Source of the DNA: Oculina patagonica
Lineage: Eukaryota
Assembly (NCBI RefSeq): GCF_052425735.1
Contig: NC_135762.1
Location: forward strand, 10,416,001 to 10,480,000
Direction of reading: 5' to 3'
DNA: 64,000 bases
Below are positions 46,326 to 60,267 of this stretch, piece after piece. Position numbers and translations under genes: made by a program. The notes below the pieces were generated by a model that did no database searches, was not told the origin of the DNA, and worked only from the letters and a program-made list of their open reading frames with translations. Every line of letters begins with the position of its first letter. Positions within the stretch are counted from its first letter, which is position 1.

Positions 46326-49300
46326 GGTAATGCAATAAACCATATTACGAGATTATGCTATAATCTATGTAACCAGACTTTTGGCTGAATGTTTGGGAGC
46401 AAAATATTCTAATGGTGTATATACATGTAAACCTTTGTTTACTGAAACAAAGAAGAAGACATTGCCAACGACAATTATGAGTTGCCCTCAAAATTTAAAA
46501 AAAGTCCATTAAAGCTGTCGGTGTTTCAAATATATATATTAATGAAGACAGAATTAATCTCGTAACTGGACAGCATTTCGTTATCTCGTCGTCTTTCAGT
46601 ATTACCTCCTCAGTGTCTTCTCGGCCTTTTATAGTCGTGTTTAACTGTTTCCAATGAATTTATTTTTAACAAAATGAATTATCATATAACATTGATATTA
46701 ATTTCTGTTTTTTGAAAGCAAATATCATAGAAAGGAAGAACCATTATATGGTTTTAATAATTACCAAATTTTCATATAGCATGAAATAATATTATCAAGA
46801 GCACTTTGTCTCGTATGGTAGAAGGCGACACATACAGTGTAACAACAAGTAAGGGATCACCAACCTCAGAAAAGATAAAGAATTATCTTTTAAATGGATT
46901 TACTAAAGCTGTAGTTATCAATTTCCCCGTGTATGCTAATATGATTAGAAATTGACAAATTTAAATGTGTAAAATAAAAAAAGGAGGCACTCAATCAATC
47001 TATTAGGCAGCTATTGCTAATGTGATGGCCATGTGCTGGGAAGTGGGGCTCGAAATCGCAAAAGTGCTAAAATTTAATGATAAAAAAATAGAATAAGTGC
47101 CCGGATTCGGGTTTTCTTTTGTAAACATCTACACGAAATTCAGCTCTAGTGATCAACCATGGCCTTCTGCTTGCCAAAGACAACAACAAAGCTTTATTCA
47201 CACAATCATATTAATATAAAAATAAATTAGAAATAACCGCCGAGTTTTAAAGCAAACACGCGCTCGTTCAGAACTTGTATCCAGCACAGAAAGAAATTAT
47301 GCGTGTGTTCTTAGAAATTTTGTTAAGGAGGTAATCGTTTCTTCTAAACCTTGACATTGTGGAAGCAGCTGCACAGTTCTTTGGTGCTGTTATTTTATGC
47401 TGATAATCACCTTTTATAGATAAAAAGTTTTATAAATCATATCCCAGTGAAGGTGGGGAGACTGGGGGTCAAATGAGTTACTGAGTCATGAGATATGAGG
47501 CTGTAGCGAGTCTAATTTAAAGTTGCATTTATTTGCTGCCCTTACTAAAAAAAGCCACCACGGCAAGCAATCACAACCAGAGTAAACTAACCTAAAGCAA
47601 CCCGGTGTGAAATGAGCCGCAAGCAAACTACAGTGGAACCAACCGCAAGCAAAGTACAGCGCCTCTTAGCTAAGTTGGATACAGGCAAACGTTCTTGAAT
47701 AGATAATTAGTAACCCATACTTTGTGTAAAACTTACGTTGATTTATCGAGCGTGACTCATAGACTCATTTGACTCACAGCGAAGTCATGATTCAAGGTTA
47801 CGCAGAAAAGAAATGTTTTCATGTCTCCCTATATTATTGAACTGCGGGAAATACCTTTGCCAAGTTGCAAAAGCGGTTCAAATTGCCATTACATACCTTG
47901 AAGAAGGTGTAAGTTGATGTTTTTTTTTTTTCAGTTTAGACTATTAAAATTCCCTAAACTGGCCTCACTGCATGAATCTACTTAATGTGTCAGTTAAGCT
48001 TTCCAAAATTCTATGTAACCAATGTAAGTTAATCTTTAAATTTTTCAGTTTATGCTATTCACATGTTCATTTGTTGCCTTATATAGTGTTATTTTTACCT
48101 ACCAATGTTTCATTTTATGTTTTCCGATTACATTACGGGTTGATTTACAGTGTACTGATGTCCGAGTTCATGCTATTTAAATTCCCAGAAGCTGTTTACC
48201 TACACCTGTTACAAACTTGTCCGCGGTTTTGAAGATTTGTTTATATAATATCTCTTAAACTTTCCAAAAAATATCATTAATAGTTTTTCGGGCAAAAGAA
48301 GTATATTGTTGTTGTTTATTACATATACAGCATCCGACTGGTGAAGGCACAATTGAATTTTCCCCCAGTTTGATACCTGCGTCGCATTCGAGTAAAGTAG
48401 TGTACGAGTTCGTACTTTAGAAAAAACAAATAAAGAATCACATAAAGACCATTTCACTATGTCGTAATTCAGTCACATCGAATGTCTGATCCAAGCCGAA
48501 GAAATCTAGCTGGTATTTCTTGATTCAACAACTTTATGATACACCATGGCAAACTTTGTTGAGAATGAAACTCGATCCTTTAAGCTTAGCCATCAGGTAG
48601 AATTTCACTATACTATATCAGGTGTATGCATAAAATGTGCACGGAGACTGGTGTTATTGACACGGACACAATACCACGACAATTGAAACTCTACGTTATT
48701 TACATTACCTGTTTGTTTTATATCATACAAAGGAAGCGAACCTCCAAATTTACATTATTTGTCGTCCATTCTTCTTACTTTTGTTCTTTTTCTTACATAA
48801 AAAAGCAATTTATTTGACCAACACTACAAATTTTTATAAGGTGTTTTTTTTTTTGTTTTTTTTTTTTGTTTTTTTAATTTATTTGCAACACACACACAAA
48901 AAAAAGCTTATTTACAAATCAATTGATACAGGTACTTACATCACTTACAGAAAAAAAGGCTACTTACAAAAAGATAACTTAAACTACTTACTTACACTAC
49001 TTACATTTCTAAAATACAAATATAATTGTTGAGTAGAAGAAGAAAACTAACACTATACTTACACTTAGTCTATAGAGAAAAAAAAGAAGAACAAGGGAAA
49101 AAAATACAATCACACGATGCCAGAAATACAAGAAGTGTCTCATTATGATTTCCGTCAAAATAATTATAAAATATTAACTCTACTGTTGAAAAAGTGGTTT
49201 TGAATAGCCAAAGTTGACGGAAACCAAACCTCGGTGTCAGATTGTCGTTTCTTCAAAGGGACATTCGAAAATGAATCCTTTTCTGTCCCAAAAAGCCGGC

Positions 49301-51162
49301 ATTAAATCGTGATATCATTCAATAGACAAAAGTTGAAAATGGGACAAAACAAAGATTTTTGAAAAAAGGCAGCTTATAACGTTATTTTTTGCCATAAAAT
49401 GATGAAAAAGAATATACTTCTTTGTAGAACGCAATTCAACCGAGCGTCAAAACAATTAGAATCATCCATTTCATTCATATTGTTAGAGATATAAAATTAG
49501 GCGCTATTAATTTCGTAACTGGCTGATCCATTTTAAGTTTGGTTTCGAACCGTCAATAACTTTGAAAGAACTCGAAACCTAGTCGAAACAAGAATCCCCA
49601 AACGGCAGACCGAAAACGAAAAAAATGACTTTTTTACCTTTCCGTTGCCTGTTCAATACCGGGGTTGGACAGCTTTGTGCCTTCGGTATCATTGAATTAT
49701 AAAGGTTATTCAGGGAGCGAGGCAGGTTGCAGGGTACAAAATAATCCAGCAGAATAATTGATTTGCCCAGTGATTTCAAGTGCAGTTTAAGAACAATACC
49801 TTGGTAGGGGAAATTGTGATATGGGAATAAATTCAATAGATATGTTTATCGCAATGGTAAACCCGTGTGGTCTAAGAACAATAACTGAATAACACAGCGT
49901 GAATGCCTCTTGAAAATCATGTCTCAGGTTCCAAAACTGAAATCTATTTTAGTTTAAGATTCTATAAATCTTGCTAAACCTACTTCCTATAGCGTCGTCT
50001 TTTATCCCCTCACTGAAGAACGATAACATTTCTATATTTTTGAAATAAAAACGAGGAATAACGAACAATAGTGAACAGTAAAAATAAGCGAAAAGAAGAA
50101 TTATTTTGAAATGACGTGAGTAATGTTACCATGGGTGCTTTCATTGGAAAAGGCAACACAACCGAGAAGTTTACAAATCGCTGCCTTCATGAAGAAAAGA
50201 TCAAGAGAGAGCCCTAGCTTAAGAACTCACCTTGTTGCTCAATGGAACCAACCCGTCGAATGATTGTGAAGTTTTACCACATGTAAATACAAAAAAATAA
50301 ACTTCTTTGCGATGCCGCATTGATTGTTGAATTGCCAAATATACGCTTGCAGTACAATGATCATATTCAAAGATAAAACTTTAATCATAGCGGTCGCTGG
50401 TGAGATTAGATTTTAGGCTTTTGCTTCCTTTTGTAAACATTATTGCGTGATCTTTCCGTCTTTGTGAGAATGCAATATATCTCATTTCCAAATCTAACTT
50501 TTTTTATAAGCCGGCTCTAGTGTGATGAAATTATTAAGTTTAAAACGTCTGCTTCTATTTCCTCTGTGAGCAGCACTAACATTTCTAGGTTTTCAAAATG
50601 AGAGAGGAAACACGGCAAGGGAACAAATAGCGAAAATTAAATTTAAGGGCGGAAAATAAACGGCATTAATTCGAAAGCTTTCACTGTCAAGACTGCACAG
50701 AGACTTGCAAATCAACAACTCAAAGAAACGATAAAGAGATTACATTGCTTAAAGTCGGTGGAACTCACCTTAGATCCATACAACTAGCCACCGATTAGAA
50801 ATGTACTTACTTCAAATAAATACAAAGGGTAATTAACGCCTGACCATTTTACATTAACATGCATGTAATTATATCCCACGAATTACAAGAGTTTTCAAAG
50901 AAAACACAGCTGTTGACAGTCAAAAACATTAAAATGAAATGATGAAATTAATACATAGGGTTTTTGTAAAAGTTACCTAATAAAAGAGATAAATTAGTTT
51001 TAGACTTTTTCTTTCGAATAATTCCGTATTATAGAACTTTGGAATGAGATTTAAATGTTTCAACGCGAATCAAATTTCCATGAAAAAAAAATCGCAATTG
51101 GACTGAACCTGTATAAAAAGAGCGGTTTCCATAACAATGTCAAAAATGCCATGGCACACAGT

Positions 51163-51430
51163 TAAATAAATAAATCAACTTTGTTTTACGCGGGTTGCAC
51201 ATAACAGTCTTTCGACTGACAAACCTGTGGCCCTCGGATTCCCGATCGAATTGGAATTTAGAGGTGTTGGTTTTTGTGGAGGGAGGAAAACCGGAGAACC
51301 CGGAGAAAAACACTCGGAGCAAGGGCGAGAACCAACAACAAACTCAACCCACATATGACGCCGGGTCCGGGAATCGAACCCGGGCCACATTGGTGGGAGG
51401 CGAGCGCTCTCACCACTGCGCCATCCCTGG
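51163..51430 (-). mobile_element. Full-length tRNA-derived SINE (V-domain-like core)
   Basis: Minus strand has A box tggcgcagtgg, B box ggttcgattcc, core tttctccgggttctccggttttcctccc and a (ttta)n tail. Confidence 0.85.
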
Positions 51431-51628
51431 CGAGAGGTTAATTTACAGCTACTGAAAGTTTTAATTCTACAGAGTAAATCCCTTTCAATTTTTTTTTTGA
51501 AAAAAAAAACACTCGACGTACCACTGAACGTCCAGAGCTTCAGCAGCAAGTATCAGTTAAACCCACAGAGTTCTTGGTCACGGTCAAAACATCGATTTTT
51601 CTCATGCCATGTTAGTTAATAGTGCTAA

Positions 51629-52659
51629 GGGACCGGTCATTATTTATCGCCTGGGGGGGAGCGGAGGATTTTGGGATAAACATGGTGAAATTTAGGTGAT
51701 CTCTCCTTTAAACGTTATGCCATGAAGTGATCCCCCCTCATTACTATTGTTAGCTTTCGTGATCCCCCCCCCCCCCTCCCCCGCCGTTGTCTTCGCACCC
51801 ATATTCAGTTACCAGTTTTGGAGCCCTGGCAAAAATATCTTCTGCCAAACCAACACTCCACGGAATTGAAGCATTGCCGACAGATTTACGAGTCTGTGTT
51901 TCGTCGCAAGTAATCTGGGTTCAGGAACTAGCTGCTTGAACAATAGCAAATGCGATTGGCGCTAAACTTGATAAGATAGAGGAGCTGTCAAACAAAGAGA
52001 ATAATTTTCTAAAGAGTGAGACATTTAATAAGTTCATTTTTGGCATAATAAAGAGTTACATTCGAAGGCGATGAGTTCGCCTATTTAGAAAAAACACAAA
52101 GACGAATCACTGCGCTGCACGCGGAACCTCAGTCCGCTCCTACAGGTTTACAAAAGCGCGGATCGACCCCCAGGAGAGGCGACAAATGCTTCATGTTAAA
52201 CAAACATGCTATTTCAAAATGTTTCAGTTATCATTATGGTTCAAAATTTAGAATTCACCTGTCATGTTCAAAGATGAATATAAGCTAAGCACGTTTTAAA
52301 GGATAAATATAGACGTGTTAACACAAAACGTTCTCGATATAAATTAAAATGTGCACATTCCCCGGTATGACAGTTTCCGTTTTATAGATAAAGTTGTGTT
52401 AGAACAAATTGAGACCGCAAATGCAATCATCTCCCAGTAGAAAAGGCGCGTTTATTTTGTATGCTCTTAAACTTGCATTATCCAAACAGATTTGAGTGGT
52501 CCTGCATCTGAATCCTTCCAAAATCTTCAGTGATCCCCTCTTTTGGGCTCTCAGTTACGACTGATCCCCCCTTCTGTTCATCTATAATTCAAGTGATCCC
52601 CCCCCCCAAAAAAAAAAATCCTTCGCTCCCCCCAGGGGATAATTATAATGACCGGTCCC
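51629..52659. mobile_element. PIF/Harbinger-like MITE
   Basis: TIR gggaccggtcattat / ataatgaccggtccc with TAA TSD; sub-terminal gtgatcccccc repeats. Confidence 0.85.
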
Positions 52660-53640
52660 TAAGTATGTAACAAGAGGTGGGGTTAGTTTTCTGAGTAAGC
52701 TGAGATTTCACTTCCCGAAAAAAAAAAAAACAGAATTTGTTACTTTTCACTTCTTTTTCTGCTTCTCACTGCAGAGACCTTGGCATTGCTGTAAATTGCT
52801 CATAGGTTTAGTTGAATACACTGGCCCTTCTTTAGTAGAGACATGCTTTTTAATTTCAGTGGCTGGCCATCATGAACAAATTGGGGCTTGGGTAATTAGT
52901 TAGGCTCTCCACATTTGAGTAAAAGTCGAAAATAAGCACAATGCAATGGGAAAAAAAGCTGACATAATTTGTTGGCCTTTAAGCAAAAGGTGATACCACA
53001 AAAACGAAAGTTGAACTCTGAAGCAGTATACAAGAAGTCTCTTTTGCTAAAGTGTCAGACGATTTAAGGCACTACCGTCTTTTGACAGTGTGATTTTCTT
53101 CGCTTTTTTACTGACATTCACTCTCTCTTAACTACTTATGCTTTGTAGCTACTAAGTTCCTTACGCCTCGTAGAAAACAGCCTGGTAGATCTTTGTCTAG
53201 TAGTTGTAATAACAGAAAGGGAATTATGTATCATTTATATTCCCAAGGAGAAAAATGTTTTGAAGTACTCTTTTAACAGGTTGTTTATTTGAGCTAAATA
53301 CGTTAAAATTGTATTACTGTGTAGGTAAATTGTGTAGAAAACACCACATTCACATCATTTGCTGCATAAGGACCCTTTAATGTAATATCCTTTAATACAA
53401 TGATCTTTCGTAATACTCCACCTAGCATAAGCACATCTTCTTGCTACAGCGAAAATCACATCAAGAGATACGTTTTGAAAGTTATACGAAAGTCTAAAAA
53501 TCATTGTTGAACCTGTTTATGACCATTTATCACCCAACACCTTGAATTTAAGTTGAACTGCATCCTTATTTAAAAAACATACTGGGCAACGGATCCACAA
53601 TCTCAACTTTGCCATGAACGTCATCTTTAAACTGTGACCA

Positions 53641-56561
53641 TCAGTTCACTGATCCTTGGGTGACGTGGCAGTTGCTGTACTGGGCAACGATATCACTCTC
53701 AGACAAAACAGTGCTCCAAACATTCAGTTCTGTCACGTCGCCAACAAAAGCCTGCGTTGCGTCGAAGCCTCCTCCAACCTCGTCTTGATCCTGTCCGATT
53801 ACGGTGGTACCTCCATAGCTGATTTTGCCGCCCACATTCATGCCGGTACCACTGCCTACCATCGCACCATCCTTGTAGAACTTGTAATCTCCGTTGGTGT
53901 TGCTCCATGTAAAGCAAACGTGGTGCCATTTGCCATCGTCAATACCAACGTCGGCATCCCTTTCGATAAAGAAAATATTTTGCAGGATTATGATATTTTA
54001 AGTATGCAATAAAAGTAAGGGAGACATTTCAATTCGACAAACCATAGGAATAATATATTACAGTCAGGAAACTTTATGCTTTTGTTGTAGTGCCCGAAAC
54101 AGGTAACTTTTATATTCTAATTATTCATGGTTTCGTGGTGGTCCCTATATTTAAATCTGAAAAGAGATGTCGGGCATGGCTTCGATAATACGTAAAGTGC
54201 TCAGTTTAAGGTAAACATTTTTAACCCTTCAGTAATAAGATATCTGGTGCGTGTTGCCCCATGTTGGTTTAATTTCACTGAATAAGCGATATCGAACATC
54301 ACTTCGAAACTTGTTTCAGTGCCCTGGAAGACCCTTAAGTAATATAAATTTATATACTCGAGCAGAAAGAACAAATGTTAAAAAGCGGCAATTAATTGAC
54401 TTATTCATTAAGGTGGCTCGGTCTCGTGTTAAATGGGTGATGACGTCATTATGTTGCTATGGTTACTCCGATATCGATGAAACTTATCTCTTTTGAAACT
54501 TTCATCTTTCTTTAGTACAGCTGTATTGATCGATTTTAAGTTGGATTGTTTATAGGTCTTTATAGTGGCATACAAGTTGCTCAAAGTTGAAAGGTATCGT
54601 CACTCAAAAATTCCGATCGAGCAACCTTAAATAGAAAGCAGTTGAAAACAGGTTTAATATTTTCGACGTTATATAAACGATATTGTTCCCATTCCTTTTA
54701 TAGCCCAAGTTTAAGTACCTGCGAATGCCCTGAATCAGAACTCGCAAAGCGGGAGATGTGCAAACCGTCAACTCATTATGTTGTCCAGTAACAGCGTAGC
54801 TGTACAAGCACTGATTGTCGGTGCCGGATTCGTACGGGTTGTCTCTTGCGAAAATGCAAACTGTAACTGCATTCAGATCATACGCGATCGAGTTTTCTTT
54901 TATTGCGTAATCCGTGTTGGTGCGCTCTGGAAAAGTCATCATGTACTCTGAAACAAAATGCTTTAATGTTAGTTGAAGGTGATAAAAAATGCATATTACT
55001 CAGATACTATTTCTCGGTTATCGAATTTAGTCGCCTAATTGGTCAAAACCACACAGTAATATCCTCATTGTTGTCAGCCAATACGGACTTGTTCTCGTTT
55101 GCTTTACTTATCCCAGGAAAAAGGTTATATACGTGGAAACGAAATACGGTGTATTATTATATACGTTGTGAGATTTACTCACTGAAAAGCCGCAAAGTAA
55201 ATTTTTATTCGTAAACCGATGTCAACCAATCAAATGGCGCGTATCGCTTCTTTTCACGTGTGAGAAAAATGATACGTCGAATCAGAGCCAAGTATCATGT
55301 TTTTTTGTTTGTTTTCCGCGTGCGAGTTTTAGCCATCTATTGGCGTGGCAAAAAGCCATTTTTACAATTGTAATTCCAGCGTTTACCTTGAAACGTTCTC
55401 GTTATTCCTAAAGAATACGTCAAAATTTAAAGTGTGGAGAACAAGAACACACAGGGGAAAAAAAAGCAGGATGTCAAACTGTTGAATGATCATTATTCAC
55501 AAGCGAAAAACACGACGAGCAAAATGGCACAATAGCTTCAAAAGAACTGAACAATAATCTGGCAGGTTGTCCGTGAAGGCCGTAAAAAGCAAAATATAAA
55601 GCTGCTGGACGTTGGCGTTGACCGACAAAGATTTAATTTGAAGTGCTATACGCTGTTTACAATAATACTTGCTTGCACTGTTGGAGTGTCCTCGACTTAA
55701 TGGTTCATTAAATAGGGCATTCAATCTCAGTCCGTGTATGTACGTAAAAACACAATGCCACACGGAAAGCGCTTTGTATGGTTTTAACCCTATCCAGACA
55801 AGGCTTTTTTTGACCTTCTCTGACCGGGGGGGATATAATTTTATATATGACCAAACATCTTTCTTTTGGTATACGTCACGTGAGATGATGACGTCATATC
55901 ACGTGACAATTACATCATGATGTCAAAACAGCCGCCATCTTGGATCCGCCATCTTGGCTTTCAAAAGTTTTCAAAAATGCCAGAAAACCACCCAAAATTA
56001 CTGCAAAGTACACAAAATCGATAAAATTGTGCTTAAAAACCGTAAAAAGGTAAAAATTAATTGCATTTGTATAAATTTTCATTAAAAGAAACACGAAAAT
56101 TAAAATTTGGGAAAACATGCCTATCAAAATGCCGTTGCCATGGTGAAGTCAAATTCCTGACACAAAATTCTATCCTACCAAATTAATTCCAGATAAATTT
56201 TAGAAAAACTAAGAAAGTTTGGAGGGGTTTGGTTGAATCTCGAAAAAGTTATAAGCGTTCAAAGTCAGCGCGGGCCTCAAAAGCCCCCCCCTCCCCCCGC
56301 CCCCCCTCGGTCTAAATAGGATTAACGCACTCGTTGTTTTATATCAAAAATCTCCCCAACTCGTGCGTAAATACCGTATGCGCACACTGAAGTATTCTGA
56401 TTTATGCATCTTCTTAGCCTACCTTGAGTAGGAAGGCACTGTGCCGCTTTATGTGGCCGCTCATTCCCTTTTCTTCTCTTTCTTCCTTTCCTTTTTCTTG
56501 CGGCGTCCAGCGTTGAAACGAGCAAAAGGACGAGTAGGAAAGTGGTCCAGGCGAACTTCAT
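53641..56561 (-). CDS. Secreted short pentraxin-domain protein, copy 1 (coding exons 56561-56423, 54947-54719, 53959-53641); premature TGA, possible pseudogene
   Basis: Signal peptide MKFAWTTFLLVLLLVSTLDA; GT-AG junctions in compatible phases (1 and 2); pentraxin motifs VTVC, WHHVCFTW, YKDG, IGQDQD..GGGFD..QAFVGD...LNVW. Confidence 0.85.
54412..54626. mobile_element. Kolobok-like MITE in a pentraxin-1 intron
   Basis: ttaa|ggtggctcggtc ... gatcgagcaacc|ttaa. Confidence 0.65.
55788..56321. mobile_element. piggyBac-like MITE related to family A, in a pentraxin-1 intron
   Basis: ttaa|ccctatccagac ... gtctaaatagga|ttaa; shares gccgccatcttggatccgccatcttgg, tgacgtca and gttgccatgg with family A; the paralogous intron (ttaacgcactc at ~61505) lacks it. 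Confidence 0.75.
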
Positions 56562-57954
56562 CTTTCTTCGATACCTATGGAACTGTAAGAAAAATATAAC
56601 AATGTTGAGGTCTGGCAATGACATCCTGCTTCCTAGCCACGAAATATTTGTGAACAGCAACAGCCTCCTTTTCTGCGAGTTTGCAAATTAAATACAACCG
56701 GCACAGACAACCCCGGTTAAATTCACACTTGTCGCTTAATTACACTGCATCTATGGCAAAGACCTCGCAACTTAGCCAGCTTAAAGTTTCTTATACACTC
56801 TTATTAACTCGCAGGACATCGATCAATGAAATGAAAAACAGAATTTAGTTTCTCGAACTGCCTTACGTATACGTACCTTTTAAGCTGAGACCTCTCGAAC
56901 CAGTGGGCGTTGTGTCTTCAGGTGCGAATGATAAAACTCTCATTTGTGTGTTATTTATAAAGGATTGATTTCGATGTAAATTTACATTATTTGTTCGTGG
57001 CTATTAACGCCTTTTGCGAGTATTAATAAGTGAAAACAAAAGTACTCTTGCGTATTGTCTTATTTATAAATGGGTGATCAAATGCTTGGCTAATGAGAAC
57101 ATCAATACAATAAAATCTACCATCTTTATTATTTACTACAAATAGGTACTTTAGTGGTGAAATTGTTATGTTTTTTGATATTTTTAGACCATGCAATACC
57201 AACAGGCTAATAAATCACGGAAGATAAATACTTATTGCCCGTCCATGCTTAAGTCTCTCTACTCCTTTCTGACACGTGTAATTCTCTCGAGATCTCCCGA
57301 GGTGTAATTTAGGATGTTCAGCTCGATTCTATAAATGCGTTGCGTTTATTTTTTGTATTTATGTAACACACCTTTTTCCCCCAGCTCTTGTTGCGTGAGA
57401 GACACTTGTGTTTAAAATGCAAAAGACAGCAGCGAACCATTATGGTCCTTTACATTGCCTTTGGTTTAAACAAGTGAAAACAAAGAAATTTCCAGTATTG
57501 TCTTCTGTATTATTTGGGTTTCGGTTTCTTAGCTAACGAGGCAATTTGGCATATCTTAAACACCGAACTAAATTGATTAAGGGATTATAATGACTTATTA
57601 TAGGATAACTTACAAGACATCGGAAAATAAGCGGAGAATTATATGACGTATGTCTGTAGCATAGTTATATTAACTATGGTCTGTAGTGAGTAAATAACTA
57701 TTTTCCTTCATACCATAAACATCAAATATTATCGTTATTTCATGACAAAAAACGATGTTGAAGTTGGTCATTAATTATGCTAAAATGGGCGCTATATTTA
57801 AAACGCGACACAGTTTTGTATACTTATATTTGCGCTCCAGCCGGATAAGAAGAGCTCGTACATACACTGTAATTACAACAATTCGCCGCATAACTCGATA
57901 TTTTATGTTTACTTCATTCGTGCCGTTAACGTATATGGTGATTTATTATGTTAA

Positions 57955-58213
57955 AGGGACATGGTCAGCGTTCACGTTTTGAAAAAAGTCCACCTTAACC
58001 CGAGATCAAAATACGCGTAGAGAACCTTTAGAAATCTGCTTCAATCTTCTCAGTGTTTATTTTTTTCTCCTAAATTTTCCTATTAAGTGAAACACTGAGA
58101 AGATTGAAGCAGATTTCTGAAGGTTTGTTTTGAAAAAAGTCCGCAGTGGTCTTTTTTCAAAACGTGAAAACTAGTGTCCAGGTCAGCGCGGTAAGAACGC
58201 TGACCATGTCCCT
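57955..58213. mobile_element. Kolobok-like palindromic MITE
   Basis: ttaa|agggacatggtcagcgttc ... gaacgctgaccatgtccct|ttaa, with internal IR agaaatctgcttcaatcttctcagtgttt / aaacactgagaagattgaagcagatttct. Confidence 0.85.
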
Positions 58214-60267
58214 TTAAGGTACGTGCCTAATTGCCCGCTCATAGCCCTTTACACAGTGAAAGAAACAATTAATTGCAAGTGATTTATCCTAAAAAACAAA
58301 GATGTGAGTGTAACTATTGGTGCGTAATTCTGGCTTGCGTGAAAGAGCGACAGAGGTTGACACGAAGGGCAAACGAGTCAAAATAATTATTCACCTAGCA
58401 CCGTCAAAGTTTTTTTTAAGGCCAAGTAAAACAAGTGAAATAATAAATGTTTCTCGTCCGGTTTACTATAAAAAAAAGTGAACGAGTGGGCCCATTTTTT
58501 TGTTTTTCCTCCATCGTCAAATTCTCCAGAAGCGAACTCGCAAAAAATAAATCCTGCAAGGTAATGGCCCCATCCAGTACGGACCTAGTATGCCAAGGCT
58601 TGAAAACTTTGGCCTGAGTTCGTGTTAAATCGCAGTCAAAAGCCATGTCTCTTTAGTTGCACTAAGTAGCACTGGGTGGCTCCTAAAAATGAATTTATTT
58701 AATTTATTTATTAGATCTTACTTTGTGCAGTGTTTTTTTAGCTTACAAAGGAACTCGCCTTTCATTCAGAAAAAAGACAGTTCTGAGAGGTATTTCATTT
58801 CATCCACAAAACAATTATCACAAAGGAATGGAATATCCATGGAAAGGAACACGGATTCGTTAGTGTGTTAGAACGAGGCTAACACGAAAAACATGGACAA
58901 TAGCTGACATACATGCTTGTTTAGCACCGACAACTAATATTATATTTCTCTCTTCAATGACGCAACCTACGACATTCAAATTTTGTCATTCCCATTTTTT
59001 TAGATTCCTGTTTTTTCAAAAGTTTGCTTCTACGAGAAATACAAATAACATATGCAGTCCATGTTTCAACACTTTTTTCTACGATTGGAGGTCGGTGTAA
59101 GCTTTCAAACTACAAAAACCTGATCAGTCATTTCCGCCCATAATGTAAGAACTGAAGTTAAACGAGGTAATGGGATTCAATTGAAAGTAAGGAAATAATA
59201 GATCCTTCCTGAAACGCGACCATTAAACAACAGCATTTTTACCCGCAGGGCTCAACACGTACGCTTACTTTTAGAGATTGTAAATGCGTGTTTCGAATCT
59301 AGTAAGCGTCAAGTTTGTTTTGTTTTTGCATTACTACGTTGAGTGATTAGTTAAAAAAAAAAAAAACCACTCTCCTCACTTCGGAAAAACCAAAAGCAGC
59401 CTTGACTAACTTGCACACGTTCCAGCATTTTGTGCCGAAGACATGTATTTGCCTCAAATTTTGATTCGACAATTGGTTTTTTTTTTTGTCTATCGTTTGT
59501 GATTTTTTCTTACAAAACAAATAACAAATAAGTACCTTACAGTACACGGCATACATTACGCTACTTAGCTTACTAAATCAAGTTTACAATGTTTTCCTTA
59601 TTGTTAATTTTAAGCACAAACGACAATCAAAGCTAAACTTACACGAAGAATAAAAGGCAAATAAAAGAGAAAAACTGAAACAGAGAGTAAAAGAAATTAC
59701 TCGTTGTTTCATTCTTATGGGACTAGGACCAAGTTCACAAGAGTTTACAAGAAAGACTCAATAGGGTTCTATTTCTTTTGGTTAAAAGTTTTGGCTTGTT
59801 TTCTATTTCATTGGTGTGTTTCATATATTATGAAAAAAGTCGTTTGGTGAAAGTGATAACTTTGGTTTTGGATGTACGACAGGTAACCGGAAATCATGCC
59901 GAAAGGAATAAGAAAATGCCACCTTCCTATTTCCCCAATAATTTTTGGTCCCCCTCCTTCGGTACATCATTAGGTTGAAAAATTCATTTTTCTACGGAAA
60001 ATTGGGTTAAACATAATTAGTGAAATAAGGATCCTTTAATTTTAACATTAATTCATCTCGATTCAATACAATGATCTTAAGTCATCAACCACCTAGCATA
60101 AAGACACCTTATGCTCATCTTGCAACAGCAAATATTACATCAAAGCAAGCTTTAATAGTTACACAAATACCAGTCTAGCAATCATTGTTGAATCTCTTAT
60201 TGAACATCGTCTCGCCTGTGCAAACACTTTTTATTACTGGGTCCTTTTTTGGAATGGACAGAATGGT

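Noticed and set aside
51350-51430. tRNA gene
   Set aside because: The A and B boxes are followed by a SINE core and simple-repeat tail, so this is a tRNA-derived SINE head.
53641-53643. Selenocysteine codon in pentraxin 1
   Set aside because: The paralog has Trp (TGG), not Cys, at this position, so a single transition explains it; I did not recognise a SECIS element downstream.
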